43,101 nt of DNA from contig CAYXQT010000003.1 of assembly GCA_964466445.1 (NCBI GenBank), positions 1 to 43,101 on the forward strand. Direction: 5' to 3'. The translations under genes were made by a program, and so were the position numbers. Under the pieces are notes generated by a model that searched no databases, was not told the DNA's origin, and was given only the letters and a program-made list of their open reading frames with translations. Origin of the DNA: an uncultured Paraprevotella sp. GTDB lineage: Bacteria > Bacteroidota > Bacteroidia > Bacteroidales > Bacteroidaceae. Below, piece after piece: positions 17,801 to 26,406 of this stretch (its first letter is position 1; the number at the start of each line of letters is the position of its first letter).

Positions 17801-19453
17801 GAAACGGGCTTCGGGGAGGTAGGAGACGTAGACGCCGGCGGAGTCGCTCTGGTATTGTATGTCCAACTTGAACTTTTCCTTTTGCGTGGTGGTGGCTCCG
17901 AGGCTGTACACGTTCTTCATCATCAAGTCCCAGTTGCCCATCTGCGGCGTGTTCGACGTGTTTTTCAGTGCCTTGACGAAGAGGGCTTGCGTGTTGTCGG
18001 TCAGGTCGGCGGAGAGTTCCCCCACTTGGTACGTCGTCCCGTTGTACGTGTATTCGAAGGCCGCGGCCAGCACCTCGTCGGGTTGCAGGGCGAAGTTGAG
18101 CGACACGTATCCGAGGGCGGTGTTCACGGTGTATTCCGAGGGGGACAGCAGCCGCGCGCTTTGCAGTTTCTCGTAGTCCACGCTTCCCTCGAAGCCCTCT
18201 ATCGCGTCCAGCTCGCTCGACGTCCGGCTGATGTCGCGCGCGTCGGCGTGCTGGGAGGTCATGGTGGAATAGAGGTTGTTGGCGGCGTTGGCGGGAGCCT
18301 GCACGCTCCCCCTGCCCCAGATGGGGTTGGAGATGTGCTCGTATTCGCCCAGGTCGGTGAACGCCACGATGTTGCGGTTGCTCTCGTAGCTTCCCGACTT
18401 GTTCGTCACCCAGAGCTCGATGCGCTTGATGGTGATGCCGGACATGACGGTGGGCAGCTTGCTCATGTTCCTGTCGTAGTTGTCGCGGAAGAAGTGGGAG
18501 AGGAAGAAATGGCGGTTCTCCTCGTATTCGGTGGCGGAGAACTCGTAGTTGTGCGATTGGGCCCCGCCTTTGGAGGACACGCTTTTCGACGCCGACTTCT
18601 TCTGCGAGACGACGGTCTGCAGTTTCAGCTTGCCGAACTGCAGGTCGGTGCGGATGCCGAACAGCGAGGAGGCGCCCTTGATGAGGGAGGAGTTGGTGGG
18701 CAGGGACACGTTGCCCGCCTCGATGAGCTTGATGATTTCGTCTTCCTTGCCTTCGTAGCGGAGCTTCATGTTCTGCGCGTCGAAGTCGAAGGTGGCGTCG
18801 GTGTTGTAGTTCAGGTTCATGTTGATTTTGTCGCCGACACTGCCGTTCATGCTCATGTTGACTTTCTCCTCAAAGTCGAAGCCGAACGTCTTCCGCCGGT
18901 TTTCGGACAGGCTGGGGTTGTCGGTCTTCTTGAGGTTCGCGCCGACTTTCAGTTCGGCGGAGCCTTGCGTCTTGACGCGCACGCCGCCGGGCCCGAATAT
19001 CTTCTCGGCGGGGCCGAGGTCGAACTGCATGTCGGTGAAGTCGAACTTGTTCTTGCCTTCGTTCTCGAAAGCCTCGCTGTTCTTCTGGCGGTAGTAGCTC
19101 CGCAAGGACTTCTGCAAGCTCCATCTCTGGTATTCTTCGGGTGTCATGAGCAGGGGGGCGTTCAGGTAGCTGTCCCCCACTTTGGTGCCTATCACGTAGT
19201 TGCCCGTTTCCGTGTCGTAGACGGTGTCGGTCTTCAGGTTCTCCGGGTCTTTCAGGTCCAAGCTCCGTCTCCTCAGGTCGTCCTCGTCGTTGGGAACCGT
19301 CCGCTTCACGCTGAAGCGGGGGCGGAGGGTGTCGGGGTCGGCGGCCTCGCCTTGCGGCATGCGCACGGAACCGGCGGTCTGCATGTCCGCCAGTGCGTTG
19401 GCGCTGACGGCCATGAGGACGATGTAGAACCCCTTTTTCAAGTTTCTTTTCAT
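11858..19453 (-). CDS. sprA: T9SS outer-membrane translocon SprA/Sov
   Basis: 2531 aa; signal peptide; GPAEKIFGPGG, YEGKEDEIIKLIEAGNVS, YIDDFE, WGGMMR, EYVEFWLLDPF, WANELRL; C-terminal beta strand FNLRFSL. Confidence 0.95.
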   Translation of the reverse strand: MKRNLKKGFYIVLMAVSANALADMQTAGSVRMPQGEAADPDTLRPRFSVKRTVPNDEDDLRRRSLDLKDPENLKTDTVYDTETGNYVIGTKVGDSYLNAPLLMTPEEYQRWSLQKSLRSYYRQKNSEAFENEGKNKFDFTDMQFDLGPAEKIFGPGGVRVKTQGSAELKVGANLKKTDNPSLSENRRKTFGFDFEEKVNMSMNGSVGDKINMNLNYNTDATFDFDAQNMKLRYEGKEDEIIKLIEAGNVSLPTNSSLIKGASSLFGIRTDLQFGKLKLQTVVSQKKSASKSVSSKGGAQSHNYEFSATEYEENRHFFLSHFFRDNYDRNMSKLPTVMSGITIKRIELWVTNKSGSYESNRNIVAFTDLGEYEHISNPIWGRGSVQAPANAANNLYSTMTSQHADARDISRTSSELDAIEGFEGSVDYEKLQSARLLSPSEYTVNTALGYVSLNFALQPDEVLAAAFEYTYNGTTYQVGELSADLTDNTQALFVKALKNTSNTPQMGNWDLMMKNVYSLGATTTQKEKFKLDIQYQSDSAGVYVSYLPEARFKDTKILKVMNLDRLDANNRPNPNGQFDYVEGYTINKGRIYFPVAEPFGSHLRQYLGDDALAEKYCFDALYDSTKTMAKQIAEKNKFLLSGEYKGNNGAEINLGAMNVPQGSVTVTAGGVTLTENTDYTVDYSMGVVTIINQSIIDAGTNVSVDFESNENYGMQRKTLVGFNLEYDVNKDFTLGGTFMFLNEQPLTTKVNMGEEPLKNTLWGVNLSWKKESQWLTGLIDKIPLIDVSEPSQISFTGEFAQLIAGQNRKIQGNASYIDDFENTKNGISVMQPASWMISSVPSDFDESKLINDIRAGYNRALLSWYTVDPLFTRQSSSLTPAHIKSDLDQLSNHYVREVFERELYPNKTQTSYNSAASLPVMNLAFYPSERGAYNLNPVLTPEGRLDNPKARWGGMMRKLDTNDFETANIEYVEFWLLDPFIYTRGLAGDYGGDFYIDLGEVSEDILHDGKKFYESGMPADGNANYYTVTAWGRVPSATSVVYAFNNNAGTRERQDIGLDGLNSEEERTFDAYRDFLTAVQGKVNPQVYDSLAGDPAGDDYHYFRGSDYDAQQRGILERYKRINLPEGNSRSNENANENYDTSYKTTPDVEDINQDYTLNEYEKYYQYRVSIRPEDFVVGRNHIVDKRTASVKLRNGNTEEVNWYQFRVPLDEYQKKVGNINDFASIRFMRLFLTGFQQPVILRFATLDLVKAEWRSYEQNLYAGEMPAVNGSMEISAVNIEENNDKTPVNYVLPPGISRVVDPAQSQLAEENEQALSLVVRNLAPGDARAVYKNTSLDMRQYKHLQMFVHANALAENVTDTEDNQTSIFVRVGSDYKNNFYEYEIPLKLTAAGRYDTYSADQCRAVWPEENMLDIDLSAFTKVKQERNREKSLGNTNLTTLFSIYDDSRPNNKVSVMGNPTLGEVKTVMIGVRNNARETKSVEVWANELRLQEYSNDGGWAAQGALNVQFSDLGSVNLTGHMETAGFGGIEDKVNERNQEDIYDYSITTNFELGKLLPEKLHFTAPVYYSYSKEVVKPKFNPLDTDMLLDDALDACATEHEKDSLRSLTTTETTSKNFSLSNVKFNIATPKHPMPYDPANFSFSYSHSVTDKTGETTAWETEKNWNGAFNYSYSPVYKPFEPFKKSIKSKSKWWDIIRDQSFNYIPQNISFNTNILRNYYEYQERDIDNLEDPMSLPLSFSKEFLWNRDFSLKWDLTKNLHFSFNSATHAEIEEPNVPVNKDFYADQYHAWKDSVWRSIKGFGTPLDYQQDATLSYKAPLEKIPCFSWISLDGTYTANYSWERGMEQEDGSSYGNTINNQRSATVNGRFNLENLYNFSPFLREVNKKFSAGEMKKAKDESNRERQKAKARKEKEKEEGQDKDGNTAADGSTADGQDGGKTADNAKGTANAKVKNPKFKGFAGEVTLRPDTTVELAHNQKSRRIRVTAVTEEGRRYPIKFKKLDKNKIRILNMDSVKLRVNVIAKTPAREKPWYPYLQGATRFLMMVRNVSLSYRNTFAMSLPGFLPNVGDMLGQRSAGGLQPGLDFAFGLTGEGYIRKADGRGWLLDNDSISTPATTNAMEDLQIKATLEPIPDLKIDLNASRTVNKNKSIQYMYEGMPTTQSGSFTMTTISIKSAFESRGNAGNGYDSKTFTRFQQYLNTFRDRVEARYAGATYPAATGLKGKFDPANGAVDKYSSDVMIPAFLAAYTGGGDANSPLDIFPTLAHMLPNWTVSYKGLAYLPWIRDHFKSVTLNHSYKSVYSVGSYNTYSSWMEYMGDLGFIQNATDNAIVPSSMYDISSVSINEAFSPLAGLDLTLNNNMTFKAEYRKTRVLTLSMTAVQINEACSNDFVVGWGYKISDFKFSSLFGRRRRRAPGGRSGRQGNAANNRNANRNTTSSTTNSRAISHDLNLRFDFSFRNQDAITRNILTSLSEATSGNKAIKSSFSMDYTMSRYVTLSLYYDRQRNKPLLSSSAYPTVTQDFGFNLRFSLTR

Positions 19454-19520
19454 GCTGTTCCGTTTGCGACGAGGCGTTCAGGATGCGGCCGCCTTCCGTT
19501 TCCCGTGACCGCCGGACTTC

Positions 19521-20123
19521 TCAGAGCCTTTTGAGGGCGAGCTTGATGACGCGCTCCACCGCCGCGTCCGGCTCCTCTTTCAGGATGGCCGTGACGACCT
19601 TTTGGGAGGGGACGGGAGGGAATCCCAGCATGGTAAGCGCGGCCACCGCCCCCTCTTGTATCTCGGAGTGTCCCGCACGGGCGGAGGCGGCGGCACTCCC
19701 CGCTCCGGCTCCTTCGATTTCCACGGACGCGACTTTGTCTTTCAGGTCGACGATGATGCGTTGCGCGGTCTTCAGCCCGATGCCTTTCACGGTCTTGAGC
19801 AGCTTGTCGTTGCCGGAGCCGACGGCGTCGACAAGTTCCGCGGGCGTGAGGGCGGAGAGTATCGTGCGGGCGGTGTTGCCGCCGATGCCGGGCACGCTGA
19901 TGAGCAGCAGGAAGAGCTCGCGTTCCTGCCGCGTGGAGAAGCCGTAAAGCACGTGGGCGTCTTCGCGGATGGCCTCGTAGACGTAGAGCCGGGCTTCCCG
20001 GTTGCCTTGCAGGGCTGAAAAGGTGTTCAAGGAGATGTTGAGGCCGTATCCCACTCCCTGGCAGTCTATGACGGCGGTGGCCGGGGTGAGTTCGGCTATC
20101 TGTCCTTTCACGTATTCTATCAT
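19521..20123 (-). CDS. ruvA: Holliday junction branch migration protein RuvA
   Basis: MIEYVKG...GVGY...REDA..LYGF...LISVPGIG...[12 protein letters not shown]...ALTMLGF; start reassigned to ATG 20123. Confidence 0.96.
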   Translation of the reverse strand: MIEYVKGQIAELTPATAVIDCQGVGYGLNISLNTFSALQGNREARLYVYEAIREDAHVLYGFSTRQERELFLLLISVPGIGGNTARTILSALTPAELVDAVGSGNDKLLKTVKGIGLKTAQRIIVDLKDKVASVEIEGAGAGSAAASARAGHSEIQEGAVAALTMLGFPPVPSQKVVTAILKEEPDAAVERVIKLALKRL

Positions 20124-20365
20124 CTCATTTTTTGCTATGTGTATTTTGAAAAACGTGATTGATACCCCTTTATTGTGCGTGCGCGCGGTTTTTTCACGGC
20201 GCGGCGGAGGGACGGGGAGGGAAGCCCGGCAAGTCCGTGGAGCCTTGCGCCTGACGCGATTGGCACCCGTGCCTCCGGCCGTCTCCCCGGCGAAGCGCAC
20301 GCGGTTTCCCTTTTGTCCGTCAGCCACGGCCTCGCGTGTCGGCGGCGATGCCGCGAGGAAAGCCT

Positions 20366-20477
20366 TGGAAGCGGCAGGCTTGCGTCAAGAACTCCCGTGC
20401 CCTGTCCGGGGGACGCATAAATAGCGGATAGTTACCGGGCTGGAAGCGGCAAGCCTGCGTCAAGAACTCCCGTGCCC
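20366..20477. repeat. Two 37-bp direct repeats with a 38-bp spacer, overlapping the dam stop codon
   Basis: TGGAAGCGGCA(G/A)GC(T/C)TGCGTCAAGAACTCCCGTGCCC at 20366-402 and 20441-477 (35/37 identical). Confidence 0.9.
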
Positions 20478-21389
20478 GTAAGCACTGGCGGTGTTTGAAA
20501 TCATGATTTCGGAGACGGCACCGCGCCGGTCTCCCCTTGAGTTTATCGCCCTCGCGGCAGACACGCGCCTGATGCGGAACATCCCGTAAAGGCGGTCGAA
20601 GAAGTCGTCGTCGGCATCCACGTTCCGCGGGTCGCTGTTGCTCGCCACGAACAAGGAGCCGGACATGGCAATCTTCCCGCAGAAGTCGCGGAGCCTTGTC
20701 TGCTCCGCGTCGTCGAAGCCGCCTTTCGAGTAAGACGTGAACGCCGCCGTCTCCGTCAGCGGGCGGTACGGAGGGTCGATGTAATACAGCACGCCGTCGC
20801 CCGCGTACACGCCCGTTTCCGAGAAGTCGCCGCAAAGGATTTCCACATTCCGGAGGATGGCGGAGTCCGCCCTTAGGGTCTCCTCGTCGCAAATCACCGG
20901 GTTCGCGTACCGCCCGTGCGGGACATTGAACGCCCCCTTGGAGTTCACGCGGTATAATCCGTTGAAGCAAGTGCGGTTCAGGAAGATGAACAGCGCGGCC
21001 GTCTCCACGTCCGGGATGCCTCCCGCGTTGAAACGTTCGCGCCGCGAGATGAAATATTTCTTTCTCCCGTCGCCGTCGAGCGGAAGATATTCGGACTGAA
21101 GGCGGCGCAGTCCGGCAATCAGCCCCTCGACCTCGGACTTTACCACGCGGTACGTGCAGATGAGTTCCGCGTTGATGTCGTTGATTACGGCTCTTGCCAT
21201 GTTGGGATACTCCTGCAAGATCCAGAACAGGACGGCTCCGCCTCCTACGAACGGCTCCACATACGTCATATCGTCCCGTCGCGACAAGTCGGCGGGCAAA
21301 GACTTTCTTATGTCGCATAGGAGCCGGGCCTTTCCGCCCGCCCACTTGACGAACGGCCTTGCCGGGGATGTGCCTTGAGTCTTTTTCAT
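20460..21389 (-). CDS. dam: Dam/DpnM-type (D12 class) N6-adenine DNA methyltransferase, apparently orphan
   Basis: KWAGGK, EPFVGGGAV (motif I), NDIN, FLNRTCFNGLYRVNSKGAFNVP, DPPY (motif IV). Confidence 0.92.
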   Translation of the reverse strand: MKKTQGTSPARPFVKWAGGKARLLCDIRKSLPADLSRRDDMTYVEPFVGGGAVLFWILQEYPNMARAVINDINAELICTYRVVKSEVEGLIAGLRRLQSEYLPLDGDGRKKYFISRRERFNAGGIPDVETAALFIFLNRTCFNGLYRVNSKGAFNVPHGRYANPVICDEETLRADSAILRNVEILCGDFSETGVYAGDGVLYYIDPPYRPLTETAAFTSYSKGGFDDAEQTRLRDFCGKIAMSGSLFVASNSDPRNVDADDDFFDRLYGMFRIRRVSAARAINSRGDRRGAVSEIMISNTASAYGHGSS

Positions 21390-21548
21390 ACACGATTGTC
21401 CGTTACCCTTCGGTTGCCTCTCTTCCCGCGACCGCCGGGCTTCCCGGAACGGGGACGGCGGCGGACAGTCCGCGGGGACGGTTTCCTCCCTTCCCGCCGC
21501 GCCCGGACAAGGCCTGGCCTTCTGCCGGGGCGGTCGGGGACGAACGGG

Positions 21549-21582
21549 AAAAGGCTGCCCGCAGGGGTGGCAGGCAGCCTTT
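21549..21582 (-). terminator. Terminator after pnp
   Basis: AAAGGCTGCC...GGCAGCCTTT inverted repeat, with T4 on the minus strand. Confidence 0.65.
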
Positions 21583-21610
21583 GATGGTCATTCTCCGCCG
21601 ACGGGACGGT

Positions 21611-23842
21611 TCATTCTCTTCCCTTTTGTCCGCCGTCCTGTGGACGATGTCCGTGTCGTTCTCCCCTTCCGGGACGTTCGCGGCGGGCGGAGCGTTCCAC
21701 GTAGCCTTCCGGCTTTTCGAGCAGCACGCGGCGGGACAACTTGAACTTGCCCGTCTTCTGGTCGATGTCGAGGAGTTTCACGCGGACGTGGTCTCCCTCC
21801 TTCAGGCCGGCTTCTTCCACCGTTTCGAGCCGCTTCCATTCGATTTCGGAGATGTGGAGCAAGCCTTCGCGCCCCGGCATGAACTCCACGAACGCGCCGT
21901 AAGGCATGATGCTGCGCACCACGCTGTCGTAGACTTCGCCGACTTCGGGGACGGCGGCGATGGCCTTGATTTTCCCCAAGGCGGCATCTATCGCGTCTTT
22001 GTTCGCCCCGCTCACCTGCACTACGCCTACGCCGTCCGTCTCCTCGATGCTGATGACCGCGCCCGTCTCTTCCTCGATACCCTGTATGATCTTTCCGCCC
22101 GGGCCGATGACCGCGCCGATGAACTCTTTCGGAATCGTAATCTGCACGATGCGCGGGACGTGCGGCTTCAACTCGGCGCGGGGAGCGGGCATGCATTCGG
22201 TCAGCTTGCCCAAGATGTATTCGCGCCCGGCTTTCGCCTGCATGAGCGCTTTCTCCAGGATTTCATAGCTGAGGCCGTCGCACTTGATGTCCATCTGCGT
22301 GGCGGTGAGGCCGTCGATGGTGCCGGTGGTCTTGAAGTCCATGTCGCCCAAATGGTCTTCGTCGCCCAAGATGTCGGACAACACGGCGTACTTTTCCTCG
22401 CCGGGGTTCTTGATCAGCCCCATGGCGATGCCGCTGACGGGCTTCTTCATCGGCACGCCGGCATCCATCAGTGCCAGCGTCCCGGCGCAGACCGTAGCCA
22501 TGGAAGAGGAGCCGTTGGATTCCAGAATGTCGGAAACCACGCGCACCGTATAGGGGAAGTCCTCGGGAATCTGTCCTTTCAGGCCGCGCCAGGCCAGATG
22601 TCCGTGGCCGATTTCGCGGCGGCTGACGGCACGCTGCGCCTTGGCGTCTCCCGTGGAGAACGGCGGGAAGTTATAGTGCAGCAGGAAACGCATCTTGCTT
22701 TGGTCGAGTACCTCGTCGATGATCTTCTCGTCCAGCTTCGTGCCGAGCGTGCAGGTGGAGAGCGACTGTGTCTCACCGCGCGTGAAGAGGGCGGATCCGT
22801 GCGGGCCGGGCAACGGGCTTGCCTCGCACCAGATGGGACGGATCTCGGTGGTGGCGCGTCCGTCGAGGCGTCTGCCCTCGTCCAGCACGCAACGGCGCAT
22901 GGCATCCCGCTCCACGTCGTGATAGTAACGGTCTATCAGAGCCTTTTTCTCTGCCAGTTCGTCTTCCGGCAAGCCGGGATGCGCTTCGGCATACGACAGC
23001 TTGAAGTCCTCGCGGATTTTCGTGAAAGCGTCTTCCCGCGCGTGCTTGTCGCGGTTGCCTTCCCGTGCGATACGGTAAGCCGCATCGTAGCAGGCTTTCT
23101 TCACTTCCTCGCGCAAGTCCTCGTCGTTCACCTCGTGGCAATATTCCCGCTTTGTCTCCTTTCCGGCTTCCTTTTCCAGCTCTTTCTGGAGGCGGCACAT
23201 CGGCTTGATGGCCTCATGGGCAACCTTAAGGGCATCGAGCAAGTCCTGCTCGGACACCTCTTTCATCTCTCCTTCCACCATCATGATGTTCTCTTCCGTG
23301 GCGCCCACCATGATGTCCATGTCGGCCTGCTCCAGCTGGGCGAAAGTGGGATTGACCACATATTCGCCGTTGACACGGGCGACGCGCACCTCCGAAATCG
23401 GGCCTTCAAACGGTATGTCGGAGACCGCCAGCGCGGCTGACGCGGCAAATCCGGCCAACGCGTCCGGCATGTCCACGCCGTCGGCAGAGTACAGGATCAC
23501 ATTCACGAAAACTTCCGCGTGATAGTTGTCGGGGAACAAGGGGCGCAAGGCGCGGTCTACCAGACGGCAGGTCAGGACTTCATAGTCAGACGGTTTTCCC
23601 TCGCGCCTGGTAAAACCTCCGGGGAAACGCCCGGCGGCGGCGAATTTCTCCCTATACTCAACCTGCAAAGGCATGAAATCTGTTCCGGGGACGGCATCTT
23701 TGGCGGCACAGACAGTGGCCAAGAGCATCGTGTTGCCCATCGTGAGCATGACGGCTCCATCGGCTTGTTTGGCCAGTCTCCCGGTCTCGATGCTGATGGT
23801 TCTCCCATCAGGCAATTCGACGGTTTTCTTAATCACGTTCAT
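21611..23842 (-). CDS. pnp: Polyribonucleotide nucleotidyltransferase (PNPase)
   Basis: [44 protein letters not shown]; KH (IGPGG) and S1 domains. Confidence 0.98.
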   Translation of the reverse strand: MNVIKKTVELPDGRTISIETGRLAKQADGAVMLTMGNTMLLATVCAAKDAVPGTDFMPLQVEYREKFAAAGRFPGGFTRREGKPSDYEVLTCRLVDRALRPLFPDNYHAEVFVNVILYSADGVDMPDALAGFAASAALAVSDIPFEGPISEVRVARVNGEYVVNPTFAQLEQADMDIMVGATEENIMMVEGEMKEVSEQDLLDALKVAHEAIKPMCRLQKELEKEAGKETKREYCHEVNDEDLREEVKKACYDAAYRIAREGNRDKHAREDAFTKIREDFKLSYAEAHPGLPEDELAEKKALIDRYYHDVERDAMRRCVLDEGRRLDGRATTEIRPIWCEASPLPGPHGSALFTRGETQSLSTCTLGTKLDEKIIDEVLDQSKMRFLLHYNFPPFSTGDAKAQRAVSRREIGHGHLAWRGLKGQIPEDFPYTVRVVSDILESNGSSSMATVCAGTLALMDAGVPMKKPVSGIAMGLIKNPGEEKYAVLSDILGDEDHLGDMDFKTTGTIDGLTATQMDIKCDGLSYEILEKALMQAKAGREYILGKLTECMPAPRAELKPHVPRIVQITIPKEFIGAVIGPGGKIIQGIEEETGAVISIEETDGVGVVQVSGANKDAIDAALGKIKAIAAVPEVGEVYDSVVRSIMPYGAFVEFMPGREGLLHISEIEWKRLETVEEAGLKEGDHVRVKLLDIDQKTGKFKLSRRVLLEKPEGYVERSARRERPGRGERHGHRPQDGGQKGRE

Positions 23843-23876
23843 TTGGTTTCTTAAAATGTTTCGTCAATAAATCGGG

Positions 23877-23998
23877 CAAATGTACGCATAAATATTGATA
23901 AATCAGATTTTAACCCCATAAAAATCGCGCAATCCGCCTTTTTTTCCAAAAAACCGCGGCTGATTCCCTCCGGTGAAAGCCAAAAGCCGTTATCTTTG
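23877..23998. promoter_or_regulatory. Divergent promoters for pnp and the TlpA-like gene
   Basis: TACATTTG on minus (23877-84) and TATCTTTG on plus (23991-98). Confidence 0.6.
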
Positions 23999-24027
23999 TA
24001 AACGGTTTGCAAACACATGATGCCGGG

Positions 24028-25182
24028 ATGAAAAAAACGATATGTGCCGTGGCCGCCCTCATGATGCTGTCCGCGGCTTGCGAGGACAAGGGAGTGCGGT
24101 TTGAAGTCAACGGGCGGATTGCCGGGGCCGACGGCAAGACCCTCTACTTTGAGGCTCTCACCTTGAACGGGATAGAGGCACTCGACTCCGTCCGTTTAGA
24201 CGAAGGCGGCCTCTTCCGTTTCCGGGGCGCGCGCCCGCTCAATCCGGAATTTTACCGGCTACGCGTCGGACGGCAAATCGTCAACCTGTCCGTAGACTCG
24301 ACGGAGACCATACACGTGGAGGCCGAACTGCCCGACATGGACACGGGCTATGAAGTGGAAGGCTCCGGGAACTGCCAGACCATCAAGGAAATCAGCGGCA
24401 AACTTATCGCCTTGCAACAATCCATTAAGGACATCATGGACGAGAAGACCCTGACGCTGGGGGAACAGGAACGCCTCGTGCAAGAAAAAATAAACCTTTA
24501 TAAGGAGGAAATGAAAAGGCGCTACATCATGGGAAATCCCGCTTCTGCCCCGGCCTATTTCGCCTTGTTCCAGACCATAAACGGAAACCTCATCTTCAAC
24601 CCGGTAAGCAACCCGGACGACATCAAGTTCGTGGGAGCCGTGGCCACGGCGTGGGACGCGAACTATCCGGGCACCGGCCGCACGGAAAACCTGCACAACA
24701 TTGCCATACAAGGCATGAAGAACACGAAACGCCCCTCCCTCGTGCCTTTGGAAGACATTGCCCCCGAAAAGATATCCGAGACCGGCATCATCGACATAGA
24801 ATTGCCCGACATACACGGGAAGAGCCGCAGGCTTTCCGACATCAAGGACAAGGTCGTACTGTTGGACTTCACGGCCTACTCCCTTCCGTCCTCACAAGAA
24901 CGCATCATGCAGATGAGGGCATTGTATGACAGGTATTCCTCTCTGGGCTTCGACATTTACCAGGTGTCCGTCGACCCCGACGAACATTACTGGAAAACGG
25001 CTTGCGAGCATCTGCCCTGGACTTGCGTCCATGAGAGCCAAAGTGAAGCCTCCGGCTATCTGAAATCTTATCTCGTGCACCGCCTTCCCACCTATTTCCT
25101 CATCAATCGCCACGGCGACCTCGTGGCGCGGGACGAGCAAGTGGAGGATCTGGATAAGACGCTCAGGAAATTGTGCGAATAG
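24028..25182 (+). CDS. DUF4369 + TlpA/AhpC-TSA-like lipoprotein lacking CxxC
   Basis: MKKTICAVAALMMLSAAC lipobox; LPDIHGK..RLSD.KDKVVLLDF, IYQVSVD, LPW, LPTYFLINRHG; active-site position reads FTAYSLPSS. Confidence 0.85.
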   Translation: MKKTICAVAALMMLSAACEDKGVRFEVNGRIAGADGKTLYFEALTLNGIEALDSVRLDEGGLFRFRGARPLNPEFYRLRVGRQIVNLSVDSTETIHVEAELPDMDTGYEVEGSGNCQTIKEISGKLIALQQSIKDIMDEKTLTLGEQERLVQEKINLYKEEMKRRYIMGNPASAPAYFALFQTINGNLIFNPVSNPDDIKFVGAVATAWDANYPGTGRTENLHNIAIQGMKNTKRPSLVPLEDIAPEKISETGIIDIELPDIHGKSRRLSDIKDKVVLLDFTAYSLPSSQERIMQMRALYDRYSSLGFDIYQVSVDPDEHYWKTACEHLPWTCVHESQSEASGYLKSYLVHRLPTYFLINRHGDLVARDEQVEDLDKTLRKLCE

Positions 25183-25647
25183 GGGTGCTGCCCCGCCTTG
25201 TCGCTTCGCGTATTTGAAACGCCCGACGTCAAAGTAAGTACGGCCTTTCCGTCTCGCGTGATTCGCGCGAAGCGGGGAGGAAGATTCCCGTAGGAGTCCC
25301 CTTGGGGTTTCGTTCGCGAGACACGGGATTCGCTTTTCAAGTCCCGGCGAAACGCGGATTTCAAAAAACGGCGAACGCCTTCCTCTTTTCTCCTGTGCGG
25401 ACTTCTCGACGGGAATGGATACAATTCTTGCATGTCAAGCACGTGTTTTTTACCTTTGCTAAGCCGAATCGGGAATTTTTCTCCGCCAAACAATCTTACG
25501 TTTGGTGGGGAAGACCGGCAAGCATGCAAGGGGAACCGGTTCCCAAGGTTGTCTCGGTACTTCGACATCGCCGCCATACCCGAAAGGGAAAAAGCCGTCG
25601 TTTGCCGCGGTCTCGTTAAAAAAACCGTAAATGACAAGAGGACTCTG

Positions 25648-25675
25648 TTTGGGGCAAGTGAATTTCGTACCTTTG
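25648..25675 (+). promoter_or_regulatory. Promoter for the glycosylase-like/deiminase pair
   Basis: TTTG (25648-51) and TACCTTTG (25668-75), 29 bp upstream of ATG 25705. Confidence 0.55.
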
Positions 25676-25704
25676 CATGCAGAAACCCTTAAACGAAATG
25701 CAAA

Positions 25705-26406
25705 ATGGAAAATCAGAAGATGATAATCAGATTACAAGGCGAAGCAAGTGACTTTATTAGAAATCGTTGTATCCTGATAGGCGGTGTTACAGTTTACCCC
25801 AAGGAGATAGAAGTGTATTATTTTAAGCAGGGAGAGTTCGAGGACAATTCTGTGCATCGGAACGATCTTCAGAAGAATAACAAGAACCATCTGTATGTCC
25901 ACAGGAGAGGGACGGCATACAGGGGCGGCAATCACGCCGGGGCGGATTTGGTGATAAGCGATAAAGACGATTTCTTCTATTCTTATTTGTTAAGGTCGGT
26001 TGCGTTTGGGGATGAAGAACTTGTTTCCGGTCCTCATCGGGTGCTTGTAGAATTGTGCAAACGCGTTTGCACGCCGGGAAAGACGGAAGTTGAGATGTAC
26101 GAAGAACTGGAAAACGTGCAATGTCAGATCGCCCCTAACGGCATGGAGGGCATAAGAGTGGGCTTTTCCGAGCGCATCAACTTAAGCGAAAGCGTAAATC
26201 CGGAATACAAAGAAGCCGAATTAAGAGCCGTTGCCATCGACCAGTTCTTTAGAAAGGCCAAATATCACAAAAAGGAGAAAATGATAACAGGCTTGATAAA
26301 AAAGGAGTTGGAGCAAAAGATCATCGGCAAGGAAGAAGCAGAGGAAATAGTAAAAGACAAGCTCGGCTACGTACCCGATGCCATAAAGTCATTGCTGGCT
26401 TCATGA
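25705..26406 (+). CDS. Divergent AAG/MPG-family (3-methyladenine-type) DNA glycosylase-like protein
   Basis: Ordered motifs EIEVY, DNSVH, LYVH, YLLRSV, ELVSGP, ERINL, ELRA parallel AAG ETEAY, DEAAH, LYVY, VLLRAL, ELCSGP, ARVGV, PLRF. Confidence 0.7.
   Translation: MENQKMIIRLQGEASDFIRNRCILIGGVTVYPKEIEVYYFKQGEFEDNSVHRNDLQKNNKNHLYVHRRGTAYRGGNHAGADLVISDKDDFFYSYLLRSVAFGDEELVSGPHRVLVELCKRVCTPGKTEVEMYEELENVQCQIAPNGMEGIRVGFSERINLSESVNPEYKEAELRAVAIDQFFRKAKYHKKEKMITGLIKKELEQKIIGKEEAEEIVKDKLGYVPDAIKSLLAS

Noticed and set aside
11226-19534. Very long alternative ORFs (1976 aa minus, 1375 aa plus) overlapping sprA
   Set aside because: Arg/Gly/Ala/Val-rich shadow frames expected from high GC3 codon bias; no motifs. 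The same applies to the antisense ORFs over pnp, the lipoprotein gene and rpoBC.
20366-20477. CRISPR array call
   Set aside because: Only two repeats, no leader or cas genes, and it overlaps a CDS end; kept as a repeat instead.
25460-25620. Guanidine or cobalamin riboswitch upstream of the deiminase operon
   Set aside because: No tandem ACGR-loop hairpins, ykkC consensus or B12 box recognisable.
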